Part shown: positions 14,240-27,577 of the stretch, one piece after another
How positions within the stretch are numbered: position 1 is the stretch's first letter
Layout of the letters: every line of letters starts with the position of its first letter
Assembly: GCA_002633005.1 (NCBI GenBank)
Contig: NMRA01000530.1
Coordinates: forward strand, 1-64,000
Length of the DNA stretch: 64,000 nt
Origin: Phoronis australis
Taxonomy: Eukaryota > Animalia > Phoronida
Reading direction: 5' to 3'
Program-made: the position numbers and the translations under genes
The notes under the pieces: generated by a model
What the model was told of the DNA's origin: nothing
What the model saw: only the letters and a program-made list of their open reading frames with translations
Databases searched by the model: none

Positions 14240-14830
14240 TATTGATTAAAGCATTAATTCTGCAACTTCCAAAATCGACAAGTATAAGTACTTGGGACTT
14301 ATTTTAGATCCCAACCTTAAATTTAACTTGGACATATATCACATCACAAAAGAAATTGTCAGAGGAAACTGACGTTCTTAAACCTCTACGTAAATTTCTT
14401 AATGCCAGCGCTCTTAAGACACTACCAATGTATTACTCAGCCTCATTTGGTTATTGTACACCGGTTTGGGGACAAATCAGCGACACACTTGTAAGCAAAG
14501 TCCAAATAATCCAAAATAGAGCCACCAGGGTTATACTGGGTACTGGAATTTGGGACACCCGGATCGACGACTTGTATTCCAAGCTTGGATTTGTTAATGT
14601 AAAATAAAGAAATAGATATCTCTTTGCCTGTTGCATGTACAGATGTGTCAATGGCTTGTCTCTAACATATCACAGCCACAAATTCAGTAACAGTCAACCT
14701 ATATACTCTACACGTTCTTCCGTTGCTGGTGATGTTTCTTTTAAAAGAAATTAAAACCAAAACCGCCAAGTGATCTATTATTTATGTTGCTGCTGCAATA
14801 TGGAACTCTCTTAGTCCAGAAATCCAACGG
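14240..14830 (+). mobile_element. Degenerate fragment of a second LINE (CR1/L2-group-like RT C-terminus)
   Basis: YKYLGLILDPNLKF, YCTPVWG and KVQIIQNRATRVILG motifs with frameshifts and stops. Confidence 0.75.
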
Positions 14831-15137
14831 TCCGTATTTGCAATTCAGTGCGCATCTGGTTTAGTTCTACCAACCATAGCGTCCATTGAACATCGTTGAT
14901 TTATTCATTTCCAACAACTACTTCACATAGGATTTTCTATAATGTCACGCTGTTAATTGGATTCACATCTTCGGTTAATTACTCTAATTAGGGCATGTAG
15001 TTTAAAACAAGATCAAATGTAATACTAAATCGTAACGTTTTTGAGTCTCGTGACACACGTTCTTGAACCGGGTTACATAGATCGTCAAGTTACTTTTTGG
15101 AAGCGCACAGAAACAATGTCACTCTCTAGAGGCTTCC

Positions 15138-18100
15138 CTAGGAACGTGCTTGATATTTCTCGACTGCACGCTTTATGTCCGCTATGTGAGTGGAGTACAC
15201 TCGACAACATCCCCCGATCCAGCGAACTCCGAGATCCAACCACTCTGGCACGTACTCATCTAATGGGCGATAGTCTTTGTTGCGGGCGTCCCATCTACAG
15301 AAGAGAAAATTATTTTTATGTAATTCAAAGGTAAACGACTCAATGAAAACGATCTTTGTCAAACAACGTGCGCTTGTGGGAGGTCAAAAATAATTCAATT
15401 AAAATCAAAACAAGTTTGAAACTGTTTAAACACCGCTAAGGATGACAGCGGTAATCGGAGTAAAGCGTAAGATTGTACAAAATAGGAAATTTTCAAAATT
15501 TTCCTGCGGAAATGCATGTGCTCTGAAGTCTCATTTGGTTAAACTCATCCCCAACCCTAACCCCAATCCAAATGCTAACCCTTACCTTTACCTATCTCTC
15601 AAAAAGTACAATCCTGCGGTTAAGAGGAAAATCGGTCGTTCAAAAGATATGACCATACTTCGTCAGCTCTACAAAAGTATATCTGCGAAATTTAATGAAG
15701 ATCCTAAGCCAGCTCCAGGAGAAACAGCAGCGGACGCCGGACAATGGGTCCCTAAACCAAGTACTCGAACTCTGGATCCTCCAGTAGACTCACTGAAACA
15801 TCCTTCTCATATACCAGAAGAGTCCTTCGTCAAAGTTTGGATTTGTCCATCCCTTCACCTGGGCCTTCACGCGTAGGCCTACATATACACAGCTATGTCA
15901 TTTAGGGGGCGACAATATGACTGCAATTCATAGTCTTCATTTATGAATTGTTTACAACCCAGATATAATGCTTCGCGAATTCTGGGTTTTTCATTATTTC
16001 TTTGAATGTTCTGTGTATTCTTCAATAAATATATATCACTTTAAAGAAAAAAAGTTTTCCCCGATTTTGCCGGGTCAACCAGCTAAAACATCGGATTGGT
16101 CCCCGATGACGACTTCCGGCTTACGAACCAATGGGATGGGTTGACCCAGCAGAACCGAAGAACTAAATCACGTGCAGCCTATGTCGTTCACGCATGTGAA
16201 ACAGGACGTCCCAAGATAATATTCTTAAAATCTAATCAGCGTTCGACGAAGCGTTAACTGATACAGAGAGCAATAAACTGAACAGATAATTCAAACGTTT
16301 TATGAATACAGTACCTGTTCTTGATGTACTCTTCGCCACTGTTTGGGTAGACAATAAAATCTTTGCTGAAACCTTGTGCAGATTTGAGCAGTGGCGTCAC
16401 GAATTTTGAATTGGAACAGTTAACGCCAACTGCCACGATGTTGTCGTAATCCTTTGCAACCTGGATGGCCGAGGAAAATACGTCCCCAGTGCAGGTGTGT
16501 GAACCGTCCTGTAACGATGGAGTGGCAGAAGTGTATTAAATTGGTTGATTTGAAATTAGCCTACCTTTATATTTACTTTTTCAATTCAAGCTATATGCTA
16601 CATGCTATAGGCCTACTTTCGTTCAATAAGCTGCGTAACTTAAAATTACAGCACGTCTTCTTCCTTCACTTCTTAACTTAATGCTATACTTTCGTTCAAT
16701 AGACCAAGTAACGTAAAACAACACGTCGTCTCCATTTCTTCCATAACTTAACGTTACACATTCTCTTCACAGACGGCGCAGTTTACAACATTGCTACACT
16801 TCCTTTTCTTTAGTACTCACATTAAAGCAACATTTCTATTCGTTTTACGACTCACGGTAGGTAACATTATTAGACCGGTTTCGTGAGTGCAAAAAGGCTA
16901 ATATTCCAATTTTCGCCTTTTGCCACCAAAACAACGTGAATTTCCGTTTAGGTTACAAGTCTTTTCCACTTCTACTCCATTTACTACTTAAATTAACGTT
17001 ACACTTTCTCAGTGCCCATTTTGGTGCATAGGGCCTACTGCTCTTACAGGTTGTAATGTTGTAGCGAGATCGTTAAAATGGTAAAAGTTTAAAAATGTTA
17101 GTCAAAACCTTATTGCTTTAAGCAATCCTATTTAGCCATTTTAGTACGTTTCACGTCTCGCTTGTTAGTTATTACATGAACATATACAAATGCCCCGATT
17201 TTAATTGAAAGCATTTCTGCAAACGAGGACATTATTAATTCTATTTGATTATTTTGTAAAATGGGAACTTTTTTGGACTCACATGCTATTTCAATGTATC
17301 GACTTTATACTTGGTATGAAGTGTTGTATAATTGGCTCTTGCTCTGTTTAATTCAGTGGCGCTGCGGTTTTCAGACCTCTCGTGTCTTATATGCACGGAA
17401 ATGACAAGCAAACGAGAGTTTGCAACGATACTGGTAGCTCAAGAAAATGCAAAAACAGCTAATTTTCTTCCTAGCTAAATAAACAATATATTTAATTTTG
17501 ATGAATTCCGTTTTGGTCACCTTTTAATGAATTTAGACCAGTAATCTTGTTCCTAAGTCAATACACTAAGCACTTATTGTCGTTGAATTGTCCAGCAACT
17601 TTCTAAATCCATCAGCTACCTTGTCTATACCTTACAAGAAAACGCCAACCAGGCTTTTACGTTGGAGAACTCGTCGCGGAGTAGTTCCACCAGCGCTTTC
17701 GCCTCCTTAGTGCCAGGGATAGTTTCCAGTGCTAGGAAGTTGGCCCCAGCGGAGACTAGGGCCTGAATTTTGGGACGATGCCAATCTTTAAGTTCCTGCA
17801 AAATGATATGGCAACCGCAGCGTGATATTGTAGAATATCGGTCTGTTACTGACTCAATAACTCTGGAAAATGTTGAGCCTCCCTCATGCAACACGCATTA
17901 GGCCCTTTTTACATGTAAGTCTACTGCTGAAAGTGAGCGCTGTGGACGGCAACGTGAGTTTTTCCGAATAAAAATATCATTTTAGGGCTCTTTTGGACGC
18001 AAAGTCTCTTGTAAAAATGGACGTTTGCGTGAGAAATTCATCGAGAGTCTTTCAAAATCTCCGTTACCAATATCATATCTAATTAGTTAAAGAGGCCTGG

Positions 18101-21100
18101 AACGCGACAAACAGACTAAATTGCAATATTGTTAGAAGTTCTCTGCCACTGAAACTGAGTTCAAACTGCACACCAGGTATTTTTAGAGTTTGTCCGTAAA
18201 GATTTTTAACTTCTATTTGTATCAAAGCATTTATTTTACTTTAGTTTCAAATTTCAAAAAAAAAACGATCTGTCTAGTGCTCGCCACTTCATCGATTTTT
18301 CTCCCACAAGGAAAATCACGTCTCCTTATTTGGTATGGCAAGACTAAGACTTAGACTGTAGCACGTTTCCCTTATATGGAATATGTGACATTTGACCTCA
18401 AGCGAGTTCAAGCAAGCGTCAAGCAACTGACTGTGAGTGCATGTGTACATTTATCATGTGGGAGGGAGATTAGAAACTCTGTGGTAATCACAGAGTTTTT
18501 TCTTCTGGAGTATTTCAAAAATTATAAATTTTGTGATTTTTTCTGGAAATTATCTCACTGGGTAAATTGAATAACTCTGTGCTAGACGTTGCGAGATGGC
18601 ACTTTCGTCAGGAATTGTTTAAAACATATTTTGATGATCTTTCTCTTTCCATGCCTCTTTAAAGCAGGGTGATAGCAACATGAATACTATTCGAACAAGA
18701 CACACCGGTCTTTGCTTAAGACTACACATTCGTCAACTGGCTCAAACGGCCATAAACTGCAAAATGTCTATGTCAGTCAAAACAACGGGAGATCAATGGC
18801 ACTTGTTTTGGATAAGGCAATGGATGTCAAGTGGTGTTAATGAAATGGACTTATTCCACTCAATTAGCGACGTACACTTAAAGGGGCAACAGGGCCACTC
18901 ATGCAGTCGAAAAACGAATTTTGATTTAAAGCATTTACGGTTACGAAATTAGTCTCAAATTCTACCGTACTGAAATTAGAAATTATTCCAGGCTTGAGAA
19001 GACTTGACGGTTATTGCTTCAGACCAGTCTCGTAAAATAGTTTCAGCTCACAAAGCGTTGTGACAGACAGGGGATTTCCACTTCCAGACGTTTTATCGCA
19101 TCAAATTTCAATTCAGCTAAAGATTAAGAACGAAATAACGTCGTTTCGGAAGAAAAAAACCTAATGGAGAAAGTCGGTTTGACACCAGAACATGATTTAT
19201 GCCTTCAGTTTCATTACCATGGGCATCGATCAATCCAAATGATGACGTACCTGTTCACTTATGTCCTTTAAGTACTCTCCGCTGTATTCCGAACCGTTGT
19301 GGAAGCTAATGGCGTATGGTCCAATAGCGCCGACAACCTGCGGCTGATCTCGCCCTGGCAAGCAAAAAAACAAGCTATCGTTGTGCTCGTAGCCAAGCTG
19401 ACAACCTAAGCTGTAATCGAATTTGTTATCTGTATCAACTGAATAAAATCGTCAACCGCTGAATGCTTATGGATAAAAACAAGGATTTTACAATTTAATT
19501 AGTCAAGAACTTATACAAATAATGAGACTTTAGAACCTTCTTTGAAACATATTCTCATAGTTTAAATTTTGCTTATCTCTTCTCTGTACTAGTTTACGGG
19601 GTGCAATCAAAGACAACTAGAAACGCCGTAGTTATTTGTACAAGCAAATTCACAATTTCGCGGAATGTGTGCCCAAAGAAACTCGCCGTTATACAGTGTT
19701 CGAGCGTTTACAACATCACGTAAATGAAGACGGGCGGCAAGCGTGCTTTGGCACATTCAAATGTTGAAAATCTTGTTAGAGTTGATTCTTGAGCTTACTA
19801 AAGTCGTTGGCCAAGTGCGAGGTGAGTTCAACTTGAAAATCATTTACATGTTACCCTTCTCCCGCCCATTTAACATTGCAGAATCGATATAACTTTATCA
19901 AATCTAACTAATGGGCAGTAACTAGTTTCCTTACTGCGACGGAACACATAATGTTGACCATAATATGTTTTTATATGTAAAACTATGAAAACCTTTTGGA
20001 TTCATTCTTTCTTCACCAAAGTCATGCTCGGAGAACACGGCATTCTTTTTTTACTGCAAGGTCACCTATGTTCATTAACAGCATTATCCCGCTGTGCAAC
20101 ATTATATGTTCTAAAATGTTCTAACCAGAATACTACAGTGGCGGATCTAGGATACCATAAGGGGGGGCCTCGGAGAATTGGGTAAAGCGCAATTGTAAGC
20201 ACAGGCGGCCCGAAAATTGCGGGGGCTAGCGATGTGGACCTGGTGTTGCCAAATTCTATCGGAGGACTAAAAAAAAAACAAAAAAACGGGAACACAATTC
20301 CGCTGCAACCTGCCCTCCTCCGCTTCCATTCCAAATTGGTGCACTTACGTTTCTTCACGCTCTTGGTGCTTGCTGCTGTTTATTTTTCCTTGCACCAGCC
20401 AAGGGGAGGGGGCCCCTGGGCCCCCCTAAATCCGCCTATGTACTACTCCATGGTGGAAACACTTTAAATCAATCCCATGCAACTTCGTTCTCACACATTT
20501 TCAAATTGTCAGCAGAAAAAATCCGCAAAAGATCTTAGTATGATAACTATGGTAGATCACTCTTCGCCCTCGTTTAAATTGGCTTGCATATCACGTATCT
20601 CTATAGCATTACGTAGCTTATATAAAATATAATAGAGGTGAGTGATATTCCATATACTTATTTACATATACATAAACACGTACATATACATTAATAAATT
20701 AATCTTCTCACATGATATTCCTTACATATATTTCATTTAGTTTCATGTATGTGTCATAACTCAGTGCGCATGCGCGACAGTATTGCTTACCCTTGCCACA
20801 TCCTCTTGTTTTTTTGAGTCAAGTCACATCGAGTGTGCAAGTGATTTTAAGACTTTTTTACATCTTAAGAGATATCAAACCTGAATTTTTGAAATCCTCA
20901 GTTTTTATAAACTCATCCACAGATTCTTGGGCGAGTTGAACAGCTCGACCTAATATTTGACATGCTTCTTCGTCAGTCACGTTTAAACATTTCTTGAGTA
21001 ACCCCGTGCTAGCCTGGTACGTGTTGGACTCAATATAGTCTGCACCTGCTTCCAAGAACCTGAAATTACGTCTCACAAGTAATAATCAATAAGAGGGGGT

Positions 21101-22715
21101 CCCGCATTTTGAAAACCAATTTTCTACGCTAAATAACGGGCATCAAACTGGCTTTCAAAATCCGGGACTACACGTGTAGTTAGTGGCCATTGCCGGGTTG
21201 CCGACGAGGCCACCTTCCAGAAGTCACGTTGTCATTCACATATTCGTGCCATGTTTGATTATTTTAAATTAAAATTGACTTCAGATACTATTAAAGAAAT
21301 TAACATAAAAATGTATGTCCAACGTTATGAAGATGAATTATTTCGATTTGTGCTTGTTTATCTCTCGACTCCTATAGTGTTTAGACTTGCGTATATTCAT
21401 GTGATCGTGAAGACTACTACATGCTTTTCAGCGATAGGCACTTTTCCCCATTCGTTCTCCGTATACCATTGATGTGCAATGTAAGTACCCCATAAGCATC
21501 GTAAAACCATCTCAACGCTTTCGTTGCAGCCAATGTTTGTGGAACAACGATGGCGGACTAACTTTTCTTTTTCCCATGACCTGATTGGATGGAATCATTA
21601 CCTTGATTGACAAGTCGGGAATATCCTTTCTGACTGGCGGACCCTCGGTATTGGATAGTGTATTTATCTTGTAAAATCACATCTAGTCTTGTCAATCCAC
21701 TTGCCAAACGAAAATAGTCAATGGTTTCCTAAGATAACAGTATAACCATCAGCCGGTCGGAACCGGCCCGACGCGATCTGTTAAGACAAGTGTAAAATTT
21801 TTGCTAAAAAATTCACAGATTGGAAAATGACTGAGTCTTGTACATGGAAAATATTCTTACGCCTGTTTTCTGACCTTTTCAAGGATAGCTTACTGCAAAA
21901 AGTTACTGAGCTTAAAAGAAAATTGATCAAAAAGAAATTCAAGATAGTACTTACTTTCTGTGTACGGCCTTGTTTAGGTCAGGGTCCATTTGAATCAGCC
22001 TAGCGCTCCACAACGGGTCATCCTAGGAAACAATAGGCACAACGGTGACACGTTATCCGGACGTAAGATTCAGACCACGCACCAAGCCAAGTGTGGTCTT
22101 AAAACAGGAGTACATCCGAGGCTCGGAAAGAATTGACAACCTTCCTCGTTCGGCTTTGGAGAGAATTTGCGTTAACATGTTTTTGTGAACTGTTGCAATC
22201 GCAGGTGATACATCTTAATACACTTTGAGGATACTAAACCAAAGTAAATTAAATCAAATCAGCCTAATTTATGAGTTTTCCGTTTCACCAAAAATCGTCT
22301 TTGAATTGCGCATCACTTAAACACGGACAGCTTAATTTGGCTTGTGTCCCAATGTGTTTACCAATCACTATTTGCTGCTACTGAAAGAGCATGCAATGTT
22401 TTGTATGAACAGGAGGTTATGGTTAGCGTACAAAGTGATCACGTCCGCAATTGGTTTATTGCCACCTGAGACTGTTGTCGATTGGTGTACGTTTCAACAG
22501 CATTCGAGTTTTGTTGCTGTTCGTACAGTCTCAGTAAATGAGGGCGCGTCTGTAGCGTTTTAGGAGGCAACTGATAAAAACACACAGGACTTGATTCTTA
22601 CATTGAGGACCGGTATTTCCTTCATCCATTCTGTCGTCTGATCACGTGCCTCTTTCAATACCTCTGCCTCTGTGCCGAAGCCTCCATCTATAATATGCAC
22701 CTGAGGAGACGCCAT
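15138..22715 (-). CDS. Homocysteine S-methyltransferase (MmuM/HMT family), paralogue 1, 326 aa. Exons 22715-22602, 22022-21955, 21059-20881, 19354-19251, 17795-17631, 16508-16315, 15294-15138
   Basis: ATG to TAG in frame across 7 GT-AG exons (981 nt). Motifs IIDGGFGTE, DPLWSA, FLEAGADYIESNTYQ, GPY..NGSEY, LALETIP, GVNC, YPNSGE, IGGCCR (Zn ligands intact). Confidence 0.93.
20136..20440. mobile_element. MITE with CAGTGGCGGATCTAG / CTAAATCCGCCTATG ends, in HMT1 intron 3
   Basis: Imperfect TIR, TACTA duplicated on both sides, G/C runs subterminally. Confidence 0.78.
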
Positions 22716-22811
22716 CTCTCACGGAGTGGATCTGGGATAAAAATTGGAGGGCACTTGTTGCTCAAGTGATAATTAGCAACATGGCAATGTATACGATCAA
22801 AGTCTGATCGA

Positions 22812-22950
22812 GATAATGATAACATGCAACAATGCCAGGCTACCCGAACAACACAACAAGGCTCATCGAGAGTATGATAACATGTAACAATGCCAGGTTA
22901 CCCGAACAACAAGACTCATGAACTTATGAACATAGCTCCATGACACCAGG
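22812..22950. repeat. Short tandem repeat (about 55 bp, 2 copies plus a remnant) upstream of the HMT1 ATG
   Basis: ATGATAACATG(C/T)AACAATGCCAGG(C/T)TACCCGAACAACA occurs twice. Confidence 0.75.
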
Positions 22951-23117
22951 CAGAGTTAAAGGAGAATGTCACCCGATTTAATTCGTTTTTTACCGTCTTA
23001 ATCGGTGTATATCCACATCGCCTCTTATACGGTCGACCTCACCTTGCCGAGAGGTGTCGCGTTAACCTGATAGGAAGGTGGGAAACGACGCAGCGACGTC
23101 AGTAGCTCGTCTGCAGA

Positions 23118-23339
23118 GTGAATGCCAATATATTGCGGTGCATCGTTCTCGCTTGTCCTAACTATGAAGCTGCGAAGAAAGCGAGTATATCGTTTTTTCG
23201 ACTTACTCGAGAGCCCGAAATGCTTAGGAAGTGGCTCGCGGTAGTGAAGATTGAAAGGTACGCTGTAAATATCAAGTATGAGGCCGTGAAACAGCATCTC
23301 CGTGTCTGTGGCCGGCATTTCGTCGGCAGTGATTTATGA
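23118..23339 (+). pseudogene. THAP zinc-finger domain remnant (transposase N-terminus)
   Basis: CIVLAC...SFFRL...KWL...LRVCGRHF matches the C2CH THAP signature; a stop follows immediately and no ATG is evident. Confidence 0.8.
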
Positions 23340-24256
23340 CTCTGACAAATTCCGGCTTACCAAAGAACTATCCATACGTTCCGTTGCCTGTGCATGTTCA
23401 CGGCGCCTCTCTAGTATTTCATGATCAGTTTATTCCGCCGGGTTCGAACTGATAGCCTGTGACACCTAACGATCCGACCCGTGAAGTCTTCGTAGGATGA
23501 GCTCTTGACTAAGTCGGGATTGGCGCCGGGCGAGTTGCCATGTAAACGTTTATTATTCTGCGTTCTGTTTCAAAATGAATTATTCTCATCCTAACCAATG
23601 CTTATATGAAACTGAAGCAAAGTCTGTCTCATTACATACAATTTGTAATGCCTTGGAGTGCTCGTGAGTGCAAATGATTTGGGAAGCCAGCAATGAATAA
23701 ACCTCTGCGTTACCGGCTTTTGATGCCGGCAACAAAGGTAATTGACCGAGCACCGTGACCTTGTGAGCGCATACTAATTCAGTGTTTGCTGACAGAAAGC
23801 TGTTGTGATACAATTACTCGATTTTATATGCTATGGTCCCATGTTAGGGGAATCTTTATTTAGAAATACAAAAACATTATTCAAAGCATTGTTACTGCAC
23901 AACCTTTGCCCTGACGGTGTGTGGAAGGGGAACCCGACTTCGCCGGCCCCCGACAAGTAAGTAGATTTTCAGTTTCGTGGCTAATTTACATAAATAATTA
24001 CGTGCACATGTCTTTGTTATAGTCTTTTCGTGACTGGAGGTTTAGTTTCCAACTCAAGCTGGTTTATGTTCGTGCCAGTCCCGGCCGCGACGCCGGGCCC
24101 AGTAGTGATCGGGTTCCGAGCCACTGGCCGGGATAACAAGCGTTTTGTGTGTTTAGAACTAAAAAAATCACAAGTATTTACAACACAGATCTAGGTTCTC
24201 CTGTCTGTATTTCACGGAAGAATACTTCGAATTTATCTCCGAACAGACCCCAAACT

Positions 24257-24412
24257 CAGTGCTGCAGTGGTAAAATTAGAGGTAAGCCGGCACCCAAAGC
24301 CCACTGCATCACCTTGAGCACTGAACGTAACTTGCGGTGCGTAGGCGCTACGTTCAAATGCCCAAAGGTGGTTGGTTGCGCCTACGCGCGCCTACGCCCC
24401 ACTACAGCACTG
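24257..24412. mobile_element. Small MITE nested in the Kolobok-like element
   Basis: TIR CAGTGCTGCAGTGG / CCACTACAGCACTG. Confidence 0.6.
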
Positions 24413-24849
24413 CGGGCCAAACTCCTGATACGGACCTTGGTAAATTGGCCTGCCGAACTTTGTACAATTCGGTGTGTCCAAATACCAATAAATCCGTAAC
24501 AGCGAAATAAATCAACACCTTTTTATAAGAACTCGGTGTATTTTTAAGGGTTTTACATCGAAGTTTGATGATTAATTGGTGCTAAACGATGAATTCAAGC
24601 GATAAACTGACACCACTAACCCGTGTTGTGAACTGTTGAACAGACTGCGTGTGAAACCAATGACGTCATTGGATAATTTCAACACCTCCGTCTGCCGTCA
24701 GGTGTCAGGAAACGCAACATAACGTTCCGTTATCGAGTAGAACTACTCGATCTAACTTAATACAAAATAGGTTGTTTTTTTGGGTGGCATTCTCCTTTAA
24801 CATGGTTATTTCTTCTGATGACCCTCATGAACTCTCGGCTCAGAGATAT

Positions 24850-25109
24850 GGGGCCCGTTCCAAGAAACTGACTTAAATTTATTTTTGACTTAAAGCTAAA
24901 CTTTGTCACAACTTCCAAACTTTCAAACCTCCACATCCGATAACTAAGATAGTCAAAATGAATTAAGACAAAACTTAATTCAAAAAGCTAAAGTCAAACT
25001 TAAGATCTATTTCATGAAACGGACTTGAGACATATTTAAGTTTTATTTTTTAAATTGATCGAAATTTAAGGTTTGTTTTAGCTTAGTCAGTTTTCTTGGA
25101 ACGGACCCC
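24850..25109. mobile_element. MITE, GGGCCCGTTCCAAGAA-terminated family (copy 1)
   Basis: TIR GGGGCCCGTTCCAAGAAACTGACTTAA / TTAGTCAGTTTTCTTGGAACGGACCCC; interior rich in (C)TTAA(G). Confidence 0.8.
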
Positions 25110-27297
25110 TGTACACTAAATTCCCTGAATCGCCAAGGCGGTATGCCCATTCAAAAACCACGGCAGAAGCACCCTTAAAACATTTCATCTGGTGGACCAC
25201 GATGCATGTGTTGGGTTTTGTGAGTGCAGGGCCGGTTTCATGATTCATGAATGGGCGAGTCGTGTTAGCCAATGAGATCGTAGCGCTAAAAGGAAATAGT
25301 ACTATTCAATTGACCAAATTGCGCTAACCTATGATTTCCACCTGTAAAAAGGGGTTCAATATTTGAAATTTACTTGTTGTCCGCAAATTGGGAGAGTAAG
25401 GATGGAAACTGGCTCGATTTTGTACCTTCGAGAATGCTCGGCTCTTCATTCGCAGGAAGTAGTGCACTGGCAACTGAAATTCATATACAAGGATTTCCGT
25501 TTACAAAATATACCTAATTCTGATAACCATAGAACATTAGGTGGAGGTTTGGTGAGGAGGGGGGGGGGGGTACTATTGACCCCGTATCTTCTTGCAACAT
25601 TTATCGAAAATTAGGACACAAGAAAAAATCTGGAGAAAACACGGAAGGTCATTATAGAAGTGGCTTCGGCACAAAAAACGTGAGTTTCAGAATACACAAT
25701 TCAGTGTACTTGAATCAAGAATAGGAACGTCCTGTTTTCTGAAAAGTTTGTTGACAACAGTTTGTTACTTCTTTAACAGTGACCCTGGTCATGACAAGGA
25801 TTCACGGCCGGGTAAAGTTCAGCCGTCTTGCGGCGAGAAAAATCTAGCCGAAATCAGACACGTTCTCATTGAATACACGGCAATTTCGCACGAACGTCTT
25901 GCTTTTAGCGAGGTTTTAACCAATGAGATAGTTTAAGGAATAGGAAAATATCCCCCAATATACATGTCTGAACCAAAGCTAACTCTTCGGTACACATATA
26001 GAGTAGCTCATTGGCCCAATAGCTAGGCCCTTACGTTACTGAACGGGAGGCTTAGAGGTAGAGCTCAGTAGACCTCGCTAAAAAGCAAGACTTCGGGAGA
26101 TTACGTGAGATATTGCCTTGTATTTTAAATAAGACTTGGGCTAGATTATAGCTAGGTCCTAGCGCAGGTTCTAGCGTTACTGAACGCACGCATGCGGAAG
26201 GAATCTTGTAAGGGCAAAGGTCAACATACAGGAAGTTCACTGAATAAGAGTTTGTTCTTATCTGATGTGTGTAGTAAGTTACTACGGACTCATTTTGATT
26301 CATACTAAAACCAGGAGACCAGTGTATTCATACTAACATAAAGTTTTAGAAAAGTTTAGGTTTTTCCTATAAGATGCTGCTTAAAACTTACGTTTTCAGC
26401 AAAACTGTAGAGGATTTCATGTGATCAAGTTTTGAAAACTTAAATTTTGGGCATAATTTGATGTTATGAGTTCAGCCTAAAGTTTTTCACAAAGATTTTC
26501 GAATGACCAAGACCTATGTCTTCAACGTGACTATACTTAAGTTCATAAAACCGTTGGTAAAGTTTAAGTTGTTAAAGGAGTTTTTAAATTCAAGTATTTT
26601 GAAATTCGTATTTTAAGAAACTTAAGTTGTGTTAATACAAGTTTTACAACAACTTAAGCTCACAGTGTATTGAAAATAGAAACGTATTTATTGACAGTGA
26701 CATGCACGAAATTCAAGAAAACCTGGTTAATTCGATCACCTCAGGACATTTAAAACGTAATTGCGCAAAAGTATAGTTTGTACACGTACATTGCTGGTAC
26801 GTGTTAGAATAACAATTAGCTAAGTTGTTTCGTATTCTGTTACGCGTTTCCGTTAAGCAGCTTGATCAAGTCTGTATTCCGTAAAAGTGATAATTGCTAC
26901 TACTGTTTGTGTGTGATTACGTCACTGGTAATCAAATTATCTATTCATCTACACCCTTTCATACATCCCTATATAATGTCAGGCCACAGCCACAACTAGA
27001 GCCTTCAGTCAACTGCGCAGGTTGGGTGGAATGCACCTGAGTCTTAATCATCGGATACAATTAATGAATGTTTTTTAATACACTAGAGACTGCCATTACA
27101 TGGGAACAAAGGTTATCTTATGTATTCATACGGTCAAAGATGGAATTAAGAACTTCCTGAAGGGCATCGTGTGGAACATCACTTAGAACCTCAGGCTGAA
27201 TTCGGTTCTCCAAGCCCTCCAGCGTGCGAGGTTTTGCCTTGCACATCTTCTCCTCGTTTGTGTAACTCCACAGGTGAAAATCCCAAGGATTGGATAT

Positions 27298-27577
27298 GGG
27301 CCCGTTCCAAGAAAGCTGACTTAGCTAAGACAAATCTTAAATTGCAGTCAATTTTAAGATAAAACTTAAATTTGTCTCATGTCCATTTCGAGAGATCTTT
27401 TAAGATCAAAAACTCAAGTCAAGCTTAAAAGCTTGACTTAAATTTTTGATTTAAGTTTTGTCTTAATGTTAACTAACTGACCGCATGTGGAAGTTTCAAA
27501 ACTTGGAAGTTTAGACAAATCTTTGACTTAAGTTACAAATGAACTTACACGTAAGTCAGTGTCTTAGAATGGGTCCC
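27298..27577. mobile_element. MITE, GGGCCCGTTCCAAGAA family (copy 2)
   Basis: Same TIRs (right one degenerate); interior in the opposite orientation to copy 1. Confidence 0.75.

Larger units (their letters stand above)
22960..24796 (+). mobile_element. Non-autonomous Kolobok-like DNA transposon retaining a THAP-domain remnant
   Basis: TTAA on both sides (22956-22959, 24797-24800). 15-bp TIR AGGAGAATGTCACCC / GGGTGGCATTCTCCT (1 mismatch). THAP ORF near the left end. Confidence 0.82.

Noticed and set aside
15138-22715. Bacterial contamination or recent horizontal transfer of mmuM
   Set aside because: Six spliceosomal introns are shared by both paralogues, and MmuM-like HMTs are known in eukaryotes.
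23118-23339. Host THAP-domain gene
   Set aside because: It lies inside TIRs, has no ATG, stops right after the domain and has no downstream exons.
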